Below are positions 48,001 to 56,928 of a stretch of DNA of 64,000 nucleotides, piece by piece; positions within the stretch are counted from its first letter, which is position 1, and every line of letters begins with the position of its first letter. Position numbers and translations under genes: made by a program. Source of the DNA: an uncultured archaeon (GTDB taxonomy: Archaea > Thermoplasmatota > Penumbrarchaeia > JASLWR01); assembly GCA_964342815.1 (NCBI GenBank), contig CAYFHS010000001.1, positions 211,849-275,848 on the forward strand, written 5' to 3'. The notes beneath the pieces were generated by a model. The model did not search any database and was not told the DNA's origin. It saw only the letters and a list, made by a program, of their open reading frames with translations.

Positions 48001-49524
48001 GAATTGGGCCTCCTCGGGAAGGAACGATATATCGGGAGCCTGACTCACGGCCGATATAACCATATCAACATCCACCACGAATTCCGAGCCTTCAATTGGG
48101 ATTGGCCTTCTCCTTCCACTCTTATCCGGTTCCCCTAACTTCATTTTTATACATTCTATTTTGGACACTGTCTCTCCATTATCAGATAAGATCCGAGTGG
48201 GGCTGCATAGAAAATGGAACTTCACTCCTTCCTCACCGGCCTCTTCGACCTCCTTTGGATCCACAGGCATCTCATTTCTTGAGCGTCTATATAATAGAAA
48301 TACCTCATTAATCCCCATTCTCCTTGCGCTTCTGGCACAATCCATTGCAGTATTTCCCCCTCCTATCACCGCCACCCTGTCCTTTAGCTCGACGGGCTCC
48401 CCTAAATTAATCTTCCTCATGAATGTGACGCCGTGATATACTCCTTTCAAATCTTCCCCTTCAATTCCAAGTTTAAAGGGGTTGTGGGCTCCCGCTGCAA
48501 TAAAAATGGCATCGTAATCTTTTTGAAGTCCCTGAAGTTTGATCTTCTCCCCTATAGGCGTGTCCAACTTAACCTCCACACCCAGACTGATTATATTATC
48601 GATTTCCCTGCGAAGGACCTCCCTTGGTAGACGATAGGATGGAATTCCCACCCGCATCATGCCACCTAATACCGGAAGTGCTTCGAATACCGTTGTCTGG
48701 TAGCCTTCCACCGTGAGATTATATGCGGCGGTAAGACCTGCGGGACCACCGCCGATGACAGCTACCTTTTGAGGTTTCTTCTCCTTTTTTTTCGGGAGAA
48801 TGGGCTCGTCCTCGAAAGTTGGTTCCAAGTCCGCTAAAAAACGTTTTAATGCACTGATGGCCAAGGGATCGTCCACTTCCCCCCGTTTACAGTTCAGTTC
48901 ACAGGGATGGGTGCAAATCCTCCCGCATATCCCGGGAAAAGGATGGGCTTTCTTCACAAGTTCGAGAGCCTCACGGAACTTTCTCTCCCTGATTAAAGCT
49001 ACATAACCCTGTACGTTCGTCTTGGTGGGACAGGCAACTTTGCATGGGGATTTACCCCGCTTTTGGATGGTATATTTTAACGGGACCGCCTGAGGGAAGG
49101 GTACATAGATCGCGTTTTTATTGGCGAGTTCCATATCAAACTCACTGATGATTTCCACGGGACAGTTCTTAGCACACTCACCACATCCTATGCATCTACT
49201 CTCATCTACATAGCGGGGATGCCTTAAAACCGTCACTTTGAAATTGCCCTCTTTCCCTTCTACGCAACTAATTTCGGATAATGTGAGAAGTTCGATATTT
49301 GGGTGTCTTGCGACCTCAACGAGCTTTGGTGAGAGGATACACATGGAGCAGTCGTTTGTGGGGAAAGTCTTATCCAGCTGGGCCATTCTACCCCCGATGG
49401 CCGGTGATCTTTCAACGAGGAATACCTTAAAACCGCTATTAGCCAGGTCCAATGCGCTTTGCATTCCCCCGATACCCCCGCCGATAACTAGAACCGCACC
49501 TATCTTTTCATCCATTCTATGCAC
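45091..49524 (-). CDS. hdrL: Large HdrL-type fusion: HdrA-GltD/NfnB-like-HdrA (three predicted flavin sites)
   Basis: GGGIGG plus DCSMCILSPK; GltD module (CGRICTHPCE, GGGPAG, GGGNTAMD, YRRS); a second HdrA unit (GVFVCNCG, GGGITG, QCVGSR, CSRVCC) and a C-terminal ferredoxin. The start may be 49515. Confidence 0.9.
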   Translation of the reverse strand: MHRMDEKIGAVLVIGGGIGGMQSALDLANSGFKVFLVERSPAIGGRMAQLDKTFPTNDCSMCILSPKLVEVARHPNIELLTLSEISCVEGKEGNFKVTVLRHPRYVDESRCIGCGECAKNCPVEIISEFDMELANKNAIYVPFPQAVPLKYTIQKRGKSPCKVACPTKTNVQGYVALIRERKFREALELVKKAHPFPGICGRICTHPCELNCKRGEVDDPLAISALKRFLADLEPTFEDEPILPKKKEKKPQKVAVIGGGPAGLTAAYNLTVEGYQTTVFEALPVLGGMMRVGIPSYRLPREVLRREIDNIISLGVEVKLDTPIGEKIKLQGLQKDYDAIFIAAGAHNPFKLGIEGEDLKGVYHGVTFMRKINLGEPVELKDRVAVIGGGNTAMDCARSARRMGINEVFLLYRRSRNEMPVDPKEVEEAGEEGVKFHFLCSPTRILSDNGETVSKIECIKMKLGEPDKSGRRRPIPIEGSEFVVDVDMVISAVSQAPDISFLPEEAQFEITKWERLAVNPTTLMTNTPGVFAGGDFITGPSTVIDAIAAGERAAITIDKFLQGAENLEESLKSEDLPDISSQVDIEDVQIEKRRKARTITLEERLSSFEEVELGLTEEEAIAEANRCLSCGICSECLECVKSCEAEAVDHEMVPTELELNVGSIVVSTGFDLYEPDIDNEYGYRRFPNVITNLQFERILSASGPYQGKVRRLSDEKEPRKIAFLQCVGSRDERSNEYCSSVCCMAAMKEALLAQEHVEGLETHIFFMDIRAFGKEFDDYYIRAKEKYGIKFTRCRIPNIEEDAHTNNLILSYLENEEMKQEVFEMVVLSTGLIPPRSNDAISDILGIDLNESGFCSTKYFSPMTSSRPGIYVCGAFSSPKNIPETVIEASGAAAKASSIISSERNSLVSVKEYPPEKDITAEKPRIGVFVCNCGINIGSVVDVPAVVEYAKTLPNVVKAEEFIYTCSQDTQKKMMDIIEENDLNRVVVSACTPRTHEPLFQNTIQEAGLNPYLFEMANIREQCSWVHNTEPEEATRKAMDLVRVAVSKSLLNHPLMKRKIDIVPRGLVIGGGITGMTAALELSAQGYETFLIERENELGGAALNTHYMLGGEDPQEFLRNIISRVHENELIHVSTGVKIKNIDGVIGNFKTTIIQNDAAENEFDHGIIILAIGGKEYIPSEYLYGVNKNVCTRKELEEKLVKNTFNSENVVMIQCVGSRTEERTYCSRVCCSGAIKNALKIKEQSPDTNIYVLYKDIRTYGFREKYYREAAEKGIIFIRYDDENLPIVSDDEGLQVSIREPILNREITLIPDLLVLSNAILPQDGAIELSQMLKLPMTKDGFFLEAHVKLRPVDFATPGVFLAGLAHSPKFIDESIAQASAAAARAGTILSKESLEIGGTISVVDPDKCATCLTCIRVCPYSAPKISKEGVARIDEAECQGCGICVSECPAKAIQLQHFRDDQLLGQCNAILKEVGE

Positions 49525-50421
49525 TCACTTTCCTTAAGAACTCGATTTTACGAAATAATGGCTTCACTTTCACATGTTTCTTGTTGACTGCCAGATCCCT
49601 ACGCGGGTGAAATCCCATGACCAGACCCAGGAGTTAAGTATAATATAGAACTGGTATATCATATTTGACATCGGCCTTTGCACCGATGGCAGGGTGATAT
49701 TCGTAATAGATAATATCACCGAACGAGCGGATCACAATCATAACATCCGTATTTGCCGCCTTGACATGATCGAGCTTCTGTTTCACCATATTGGTGGACG
49801 TGTCCTCCAAAAACGCCAATATACCGCTGCAGCAGCACTGAAGTCTATCCCGGTAAGAGACAGGCTCGGCTCCGGTGATCTCGATGAGTTTGTCCAGGCT
49901 CTCGGGAAAGTAAGGACTGTCGAAATGATCGAACAAATAGGTTGGCTTGATGTAATGCCATCCGTAATGAGGGGCGATCTTAATACCTGCCAGGGGATGC
50001 GTGAGCGCCTCTTTCACCTTGTCGAAACCGATCTCCTTAAAAGGAAGCGGATAACATTCTTTACCTTCACATTACCCTTGGAAACATGCCCCAGGTCGGA
50101 CAATTCCTCGTTGACCTTCTTTAACTCCTCTTCGCGGTCTCCGTCCGAGTAGTGCTTTGCCACTTTCGTGAGGTGACCCGAGCAGGCTCTGCAGAGGGTC
50201 ACAAGCTATTCCGCTTCTGCGAGACCGAAATTGCGTGCCGCCACTGCCATGGCGGGATGATGATGTACGCCATCTATAGGAAAACCACGGTATGAAAAAC
50301 CGAGGATGTCCACGATTTCTATCCCCAGTTTCGAGGCGATTTTTCTTGTGGAAAGTTCATAGTTGGAATCCCTGACGGATACCGTACCCCTCAAGAAAAG
50401 GGCGATCCCGTGTTTAATCAT
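49517..50421 (-). pseudogene. hdrB: Heterodisulfide reductase subunit B pseudogene
   Basis: HdrB-like text (NYELSTRKIASKLGIE, AARN, VTLCRAC, APHYG, RLQCC, IPVLYY*LLGL.MG) is broken by TAG at 50206-50208, a frameshift near 50040 and TAA at 49634-49636. The CCG-motif cysteines are lost (FLRG, FSYRG, VIRSFG). Confidence 0.88.
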
Positions 50422-50640
50422 CGTTGCCAATCCCCTTGATCGCGTCATGAATGCCTGCTTTTTCATTACTTCCTTTGGTTCCGAGATCTTGAATTCAGGT
50501 TACGACATTCCTTTCTTTGCCCTTACAGTATTTTCGAACTCACTGACCTCTCGTATGCGGCCGAACTTTTCCAGCAGGTCAACGCCGGCTCCCATTGCCT
50601 TTGGTAGATATCCTTCCTTGGGGATGAACTTTATTATAAC
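50422..50640 (-). pseudogene. hdrC: C-terminal remnant of hdrC
   Basis: KEGYLPKAMGAGVDLLEKFGRIREVSEFENTVRAKKGMS*PEFK resembles an HdrC C-terminus. There is an in-frame TAA at 50500-50502, and the ferredoxin-bearing N-terminal part is absent. Confidence 0.65.
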
Positions 50641-50773
50641 GATATATTTTTCTATATAAGCGTGATTAGTGTGTTGGTTATCGGTTATATATTCAATATT
50701 CCTATTTTTAGAAGCTAAAGGTATTAACACGATTCGATTCAGGCATATATTTGCGCTAAAGGAGAATACATAG

Positions 50774-52102
50774 ATGAGGATAGTCATGCTCGCCCCCTTT
50801 GGTATACATCCCAAAGGGACCGTCCTTTCGCGGACGCTCCCCCTGGGATACGCTTTGGCCAAGAAGGGCAATGAAGTTGTCCTCGTAATACCCCAGGAAG
50901 AAGACGTCTCCATCACTACCAACGTCAGCAGGGGTTCCCTCCGGCTCTTAAACGTACCGACAGGTCCACGCGGGTATGCCATAGATGATCTCGTGGTATC
51001 GTACGAGATGATGCGTAAAACATCCTCCCTCGAACCCGAAATAATCCACGTTTTCAAACCCAAGGGATACGGAGGATTGGCGGGAATGCTCAAGTGGGCG
51101 GGCGACATATTGCGTAATGAAAAGAAACCGCTCGTTCTGGATGGGGACGACCATGAGGGGTTCGGCGGTATGAACGACGTCATACCCTATCCGGTGGCGT
51201 GGAAATTGTTTTTCCACTTCCAGGAAAGGTTATTACCCCGCATCTGCGACAGAATGACGCTGGCGAGCACGTATCTCATGGATTATTATTCCAGTTTTGG
51301 TGCCGAGCGAGAAAATATGATCCATCTGCCTAACGGCGTTAATCCGTTCATCCATTTTCCGGGGAATATAGATGAAGGACTGGAGGAGTTCGTTTCAAAA
51401 CGTCATATGGGAATGGAAGAGCTTAAGGGGATGAAAAATGAAGGTTCCAATGCATTTACGAATGGAAATATCAAGGATCAGGTCCCGGAGGAAACCATTT
51501 CCCTCTTTTCCCGTTTCAGGGACCACGGGACCGAAAGAGTGCTTAAAATATTCCGGGCGGTCCAGAACCTTGATCGCAGGGCAAAATTCCTGCTCGCGGG
51601 GGACTGGGCGGGTAACGAGACCGTAAGGCTGAGAAAGGGAATGAAAAAATATCTGAAAGAAGGGAGTTTTCAATTTACCGGGACATTCCCGTTCACTTCC
51701 ATGCAAGAGGTCTTTTCCCATTCGAACATTGCAATGGTGCCTGTGGACGATTCGAATATCACCAGGGCAAAGTGTTCAGCCAAGCTGGTGGATCTGATGG
51801 CCATGGGGAAAGCAGTGGTGGCAGATAATATTGGGGAGAACGGGAATTATATCGAAGATGGCGTTACCGGATGCTTGGTTGATAATATCGTTGGTGCCGG
51901 TATCCCTGAAAAAGATGATCATCATATAAGGGATAATGAAAAAGAGAACTTAAAGGAGTTCTCGGAAAGACTGATCTACCTTCTTGACAATCCCATGGAG
52001 GCAAACGAATTGGGACGTGAAGCCAGGAAAAGGGTCAACAGCGAGTTCTCTTGGAGAAAACTGGCCCGAGGTGTGGCTGATCTCTATCACCAGCTGGTGT
52101 GA
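50774..52102 (+). CDS. Glycosyltransferase family 4 (GT-B)
   Basis: MRIVMLAP, HLPNGV, KLVDLMAMGKAVVA..IGENGNYIEDGVTGCLV and LGREARKRVNSEFSW motifs. Confidence 0.9.
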   Translation: MRIVMLAPFGIHPKGTVLSRTLPLGYALAKKGNEVVLVIPQEEDVSITTNVSRGSLRLLNVPTGPRGYAIDDLVVSYEMMRKTSSLEPEIIHVFKPKGYGGLAGMLKWAGDILRNEKKPLVLDGDDHEGFGGMNDVIPYPVAWKLFFHFQERLLPRICDRMTLASTYLMDYYSSFGAERENMIHLPNGVNPFIHFPGNIDEGLEEFVSKRHMGMEELKGMKNEGSNAFTNGNIKDQVPEETISLFSRFRDHGTERVLKIFRAVQNLDRRAKFLLAGDWAGNETVRLRKGMKKYLKEGSFQFTGTFPFTSMQEVFSHSNIAMVPVDDSNITRAKCSAKLVDLMAMGKAVVADNIGENGNYIEDGVTGCLVDNIVGAGIPEKDDHHIRDNEKENLKEFSERLIYLLDNPMEANELGREARKRVNSEFSWRKLARGVADLYHQLV

Positions 52103-52140
52103 TAGGCGCGATACCCGCTACAGTACCGCCATGTTGATCT

Positions 52141-52893
52141 TCAGCCGGATAATTGGCATTCACCCATCTTGATCCCGGTTGGGATGTGGTACAGGTAGAA
52201 ATAATCACCTTCGACGGTGTTCAGCGGTTCGGATAATACCTTGAAATATTCATAGGCTTCCATGTAATCGTCCTGATTGACCCAATAACTCACGGAATCG
52301 TCCATTGAACTCTCATCGGCTTCCCGAACAGTACCGTTTATCAATTCTTCACCGGTCTCCGCAGAAACGATATGGTAAGAAATATTATCGATATTCGCAT
52401 CCCCCTCGGATATGTATTCTACCTCCACAATGTAGGTTATTCCATAAAATATATCCGAAATGCTATCGGAGGAAAGAAGGACATCCGGGGCTTCCTCCAG
52501 GATTATGACGGTCACGGCAAAATAGGCGATATCTTCATATTCACCGTCGAAGACTGTTAGGTTTACTTTGTGCGTGTCCTGTTCCAGCTCCCCGTAATAA
52601 ACTGTGAAAGTATGTTCCACCACTGGGCCGGTGGTATTACTACCGTCATCGAATTCCCAGAAATACGTCAGTTCATCCCCGTCATCGTCGTATGACCCCA
52701 CACCGCTAAATACCACTGGTTGAGAGAGAATCGCTTCCGAGGGTGCATTGATTACAGCATGGGGGCTATGATTTCCCTGACCGATGGTATCGTTTTCGTC
52801 CAACATCATATAAATAGCATATGCTGCAATAATCGTGAGAACACACGCAACTGCAATTATTATTTTTGTTCTCAGGATCAATTTCTTCGCCAC
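52141..52893 (-). CDS. Membrane-anchored PKD-domain protein with a C-terminal pilin-head-like domain
   Basis: N-terminal TM anchor; PKD signature VVFSGVGSYDDDGDELTYFWEFDDG...HTF...VNLTVFDG. Confidence 0.8.
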   Translation of the reverse strand: MAKKLILRTKIIIAVACVLTIIAAYAIYMMLDENDTIGQGNHSPHAVINAPSEAILSQPVVFSGVGSYDDDGDELTYFWEFDDGSNTTGPVVEHTFTVYYGELEQDTHKVNLTVFDGEYEDIAYFAVTVIILEEAPDVLLSSDSISDIFYGITYIVEVEYISEGDANIDNISYHIVSAETGEELINGTVREADESSMDDSVSYWVNQDDYMEAYEYFKVLSEPLNTVEGDYFYLYHIPTGIKMGECQLSG

Positions 52894-52918
52894 CGGAATT
52901 GTTTATATAAAAACCCGG

Positions 52919-54958
52919 TTAATATGCCGGCGGGGGCGGTATTCCCTGTCTGGGTCGTCCGCCAGAATCACCGGATGGTGGTGAAGGCCTCCTGTACGGA
53001 TCGTTATCATTGATCTGTGATTCGTAGTCATCGGAATCCGACGTTTTTGTCTTCTTACCTTTTATTACCAATACAATGACCAGCACCATTACGGTAAGGG
53101 CAACCAGAATTCCCAAGCCGATAAATATCCATTTCATATCGATCTTATCGTCATCCGAGCCGGATTTCTTATCGTTTATGTCGGCATAGAGGGTATTTCT
53201 CTCGGTCTTGAAACTCTCCACCTCACTCTCCGAGGCCAGAGTGGATTTGAAATTACTCTCTTGTGATATTGTGGGGGGCGTTACTCCAAACTCGTCGAAG
53301 ATCTCGCTGGGGATTTCGGGGGGTATTATCTCTGTCTGAACGATCATACCCAGCTCAGGAGCGTAATATAGGTTGATCTCCATTCCTTCCGGGCCCATTA
53401 TACCGTCGAAGATATCTTCGAAGGGATCAAAACTATCTTCCTCGTAATAATAATCGTCGTCATAGTAGTAACTATCATTATAGTAATAATCATCGTCGTA
53501 ATACTCGTCGTCGTAGTCATCATCGTAGGAATCGTTGTAATCATCTTCATCATCAGAGCGGCTTCCCGCCTGTTCCTGGTATACGATGGTATCCAAGTAG
53601 ACTATCTCTTGGCTCGGACCTTTAATCATGACTTCATAGACCTCTCCCTTTAAAATATCAATACCCATACTTTCCATGGGCATGTCGAAAGCGATATACT
53701 CTCCGTTGTTCCACATATGGTCTTCAAAATCATACGATGAATTTCGGTCACCTCCCAGGGCGGTTCCATTCAAATAGATGCGTTCGTTGAAATCAAGCTT
53801 CCTGGGTGAGTATCCTTGCCTTGCCACATAGAATGAATACATCGAGGGATCGATATCGACACCTTGCACTGCTCGTATGGTAAAGAAGCAGCCCTGTGTT
53901 TCATCAAAATTGTTTCCATCCCGCGATTCAAAGGCCATAATTATCACATCGTCCCAATCATCATCCCAATCATCGTCATCATAATATTCTTCCAACGCCT
54001 CAAAATCCGGGCTTATGGGTATGACTGGCGTTGTTGTGCCGTCAGCGAGAGTTATGGTGGTCTTCTTTCCGGATTTCAGGGCAAGCCAAATTTCATCGTC
54101 AAAGTCCTCCGGTCCCCCGCTCTCTTCTGCCAGATCAATAGTTTCGTCCTCGTGAATGTCGTCCTCTTCGGGGATTCCCGTAATGTCCGCTTTCGCGCGT
54201 ATCTTTCCAGATACGGATGCGGTCCCTGTGAAGCTGCCCTCGGGGGTCCATTCCTCGTTCTCCTCGATGGGTAGCTCAAAGATATCGAAGGGCTCATCGA
54301 AATCCAATGTGGCAGTTGCAACGATATTTTCGGTCTTTATGGAAGCGCCTCCCTTGATATCAAAATTCATGTTTTCGATACTACCTCTCACTGAGGCCGC
54401 GGCCTCGGCATTGAAAGAGGGTTTCAAAGACGCATCGATCCTGCTTAATGCAAGCTCATCGATGGTCATCCACATGTCTATGACGAGATCGAACTCAAAA
54501 TAATACTCCGCACTGCCGCTTCCTTTTATACTGTTACCCATACCGGCTATGTTGGCACTGGCTTCAACCCCCAGCCCGCTACCGAAATAGATTGTATTCC
54601 TTACCTGGTAGCACACCTCGCCGTTGACGTCGGCGTCGTCGGACAAGACCTCGGAGGTCATGTACAATCCCACGCCTCCGCCGTTAAAATCCACATTGAC
54701 ATCGAATGTTTGGACATCACCCGAAGCTTTCAATTCCTTGCCAGCTTCATCCAAGATTTTATCGATATCAAGGTCCGCGATCAGGTCATTCAAGTCCATG
54801 GATAGGGATTGGGACCATTTCTGGCCCTTTTCAAGAACCGGTGCTGAATTACCATTTTCCCGAACGTTGTCGTCCTCGGCATAGCTTATTGGTAATGCCG
54901 ATAATGTAAGGATCACCAATAAAGATAAACTTACTATTTTGATCATTATATTTTTCAT
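52919..54958 (-). CDS. Acidic type-I surface protein with Asp/Tyr-rich tracts and a Pro-rich tail ending PPPPAY
   Basis: Signal peptide, beta-rich ectodomain, DDEDDYNDSYDDDYDDEYYDDDYYY tract, TM WIFIGLGILVALTVMVLVIVLVI; GGAGG RBS. Confidence 0.82.
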   Translation of the reverse strand: MKNIMIKIVSLSLLVILTLSALPISYAEDDNVRENGNSAPVLEKGQKWSQSLSMDLNDLIADLDIDKILDEAGKELKASGDVQTFDVNVDFNGGGVGLYMTSEVLSDDADVNGEVCYQVRNTIYFGSGLGVEASANIAGMGNSIKGSGSAEYYFEFDLVIDMWMTIDELALSRIDASLKPSFNAEAAASVRGSIENMNFDIKGGASIKTENIVATATLDFDEPFDIFELPIEENEEWTPEGSFTGTASVSGKIRAKADITGIPEEDDIHEDETIDLAEESGGPEDFDDEIWLALKSGKKTTITLADGTTTPVIPISPDFEALEEYYDDDDWDDDWDDVIIMAFESRDGNNFDETQGCFFTIRAVQGVDIDPSMYSFYVARQGYSPRKLDFNERIYLNGTALGGDRNSSYDFEDHMWNNGEYIAFDMPMESMGIDILKGEVYEVMIKGPSQEIVYLDTIVYQEQAGSRSDDEDDYNDSYDDDYDDEYYDDDYYYNDSYYYDDDYYYEEDSFDPFEDIFDGIMGPEGMEINLYYAPELGMIVQTEIIPPEIPSEIFDEFGVTPPTISQESNFKSTLASESEVESFKTERNTLYADINDKKSGSDDDKIDMKWIFIGLGILVALTVMVLVIVLVIKGKKTKTSDSDDYESQINDNDPYRRPSPPSGDSGGRPRQGIPPPPAY

Positions 54959-55309
54959 TTTTCTACCTCCTTTGTCACCTTGTTTGATTTCAAGGCTATC
55001 AGTTCATTGCCCACTATCTCAATTCGGTAACAGTGCTGGGCACATATGCAGTAGAGAGGGGATTTGCGGGATTTATAGTTTACGTCTATTTTACAAATCT
55101 TCAAATGGTGATTTTGTAGATACCCAAATTGATTGATAAAGAAAAAATAGTAGTTCTTCTATAATACGATAAAGAAGGAAAAAACCATTCCTGTCCATTC
55201 CGACGAAATGCAGTCGTGTGGGTCATTATGTAATAAAAAAAAGTATAGCCGCGGAGGTCTATCGCTTCCTCTTTGAGCTAGCATATATATTTACATCGGG
55301 TGAACGTTC

Positions 55310-56080
55310 ATGAAAAAAAAACATGTCCGAAATGAAGAAAGGGGCCGGAATATATCGAACCGTAAAAAACTTCAATCAAAGATCGACAATACTGATATTA
55401 ATAATTTATATTATGAACCATACCAACATATTCTTCACCTGAAGCCCATGGAAGCCATTCAGGAACACGCAAAAGCCGTGCATAAAACGGTTCAGCTTAT
55501 GAAAAAGATGTTTGATGCATATATTGAAGAGGACTTCACAACTGCGGATGAATATCTTCCGAAAGTGAAAGAAGCCGAATTCAAAGCAGATAACATAAAA
55601 TCCATAATTAGAGACAAACTCCCAAGAAGTTTCTTTTCCAGCCTGACAAAAGATGACATGAATTCTTTTCTGAAAGAATTGGATTCCGTGGCCGACAGTG
55701 CGGAGGACGTAGCCGATTATTTGGCCGCAAGAAGAACCAAAATTCCGGAAGAGGTGAAAAAGGGCTTTAAAAAACATTCGGATATAGTAGCCCAGTCAAT
55801 GAATATCCTATTTGACGTCATCACGGACCTGGGCCGGGTAATGAAAAGTGTTTTTCGCAAGAAGGATGTGGATGAATTATTACAGAAACTGCACTGTGTT
55901 GCTATTGCGGAGCATGAGGCCGATAAGGTCAAAATGGAATTGAGAAAGATAATATTCAACCTAGAGGGTCACGATCCCATTGCAGTGTACCACATGCTGA
56001 AACTCTTGCAGTTCTCGGACTATGTGGCTGATCACGCCGAGAATGTCGAAGGTCGTATAAGGATAATCGTAAGCCATTGA
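55310..56080 (+). CDS. DUF47/TIGR00153 PhoU-like phosphate-transport regulator family protein
   Basis: AEFKADNIK..IRDKLP.SFF...LD.VAD.AEDVA and EHEADKV...VADHAENV duplicated helical motifs. The true start is uncertain. Confidence 0.85.
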   Translation: MKKKHVRNEERGRNISNRKKLQSKIDNTDINNLYYEPYQHILHLKPMEAIQEHAKAVHKTVQLMKKMFDAYIEEDFTTADEYLPKVKEAEFKADNIKSIIRDKLPRSFFSSLTKDDMNSFLKELDSVADSAEDVADYLAARRTKIPEEVKKGFKKHSDIVAQSMNILFDVITDLGRVMKSVFRKKDVDELLQKLHCVAIAEHEADKVKMELRKIIFNLEGHDPIAVYHMLKLLQFSDYVADHAENVEGRIRIIVSH

Positions 56081-56127
56081 AGGTGTCACGAACGGCAAAA
56101 AATATTTAATTCATTCCCCTTTTACAC

Positions 56128-56691
56128 TTGTATATGGGTATTTTGAAGGAGTCTAGCTTCTATAAATTAGTTAGGAAAAATATCGAAAAGATAAGAGAAC
56201 AGGGGGAACCTCCCCGGACCGATCTAAGTGCCTTCGATTCAATGGATAAGTACGTTTGCGACCTATGCAGAGCTTCTGTCAATCGGTCCGGTCTGTTACA
56301 ATGTTCTTTTTGTGGTAGGTGGGTCTGCCGAGATAATTGTTTTGACCGGGAGGATGTTTCTTGTATAAACTGTCACGGCGTTATTAGGCTTTTGCGCGAG
56401 TCACGGAAGATGGACATAATCTCCAAGAAGAAAGCAGTTCTGCTGGATGAGCAGAAGTCGGCTCTTCGTGACGAAATGAGCTATCAAAAGAAAATGGAAG
56501 AACTCGAAAAGAAGAAAAAGATGCAGGATCTGGAGTTCGAAAGTAAAAAATTAGAGCTGGAACGCAAAAAGAGTTTGCTTGAGATCGAAGCCGATATTAA
56601 ATCCCGGGATTCAGGTGGAGGGATGCTCAAGGCAATCAGGAAAATAAAAAAGATGAAGAATTCGAATGGTACTGGTAATGACAAAAGGTGA
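56128..56691 (+). CDS. Zinc-finger protein with a C-terminal coiled coil
   Basis: CDLC...CSFC...C...C...CINC cluster followed by a Lys/Glu heptad-rich tail. Confidence 0.7.
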   Translation: MYMGILKESSFYKLVRKNIEKIREQGEPPRTDLSAFDSMDKYVCDLCRASVNRSGLLQCSFCGRWVCRDNCFDREDVSCINCHGVIRLLRESRKMDIISKKKAVLLDEQKSALRDEMSYQKKMEELEKKKKMQDLEFESKKLELERKKSLLEIEADIKSRDSGGGMLKAIRKIKKMKNSNGTGNDKR

Positions 56692-56908
56692 TACCGTGGA
56701 TGAACTGAACGCCATGGCCAAAGACCTGGATTGGGCAGAAAGGCTCAAGAATACGGAAGATTATCTTAATCCCGATCGCTCGAAAAAGAAGGGTTTTCGC
56801 GGATGGTTGATATTAATTGCTTTCGTTTTAGGTCTGGGACTTTCCTCAATTATATTCTATTGGTGGGATCCCATTAATGAGTGGTTAAGCAGTTTACCTG
56901 GTCTATAA
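56678..56908 (+). CDS. Small single-TM protein
   Basis: ATG 56678 overlaps the end of the previous gene; basic residues followed by WLILIAFVLGLGLSSIIFYWW. Confidence 0.55.
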   Translation: MTKGDTVDELNAMAKDLDWAERLKNTEDYLNPDRSKKKGFRGWLILIAFVLGLGLSSIIFYWWDPINEWLSSLPGL

Positions 56909-56928
56909 TAATCCCCGAAGGTGTTCAT

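Noticed and set aside
38134-49524. Selenocysteine recoding in HdrA/MvhD, as in Methanococcales and some Asgard archaea
   Set aside because: The usual Sec positions are Cys codons (DCSACILTPK, DCSMCILSPK, CCHYCAY, AGCEEGSCHF), and there is no in-frame TGA in these ORFs.
44496-50640. TAG read-through (pyrrolysine or alternative code) rescuing hdrB and the mvhD relic
   Set aside because: The same relics also carry TAA stops, a frameshift and lost catalytic cysteines. Intact genes in the window end normally at TAG (e.g. hdrA), so this is decay, not recoding.
50500-51183. 227 aa minus-strand ORF as a real gene
   Set aside because: Most of it is antisense to the glycosyltransferase and its promoter. 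Only the last ~45 codons are meaningful, as the hdrC relic.
54959-55130. Riboswitch in the leader of the acidic surface protein (TGCCCA..TGGGCA and CCTTG..CAAGG stems)
   Set aside because: The stems are short (5-6 bp) and I recognise no aptamer consensus; they are compatible with chance.
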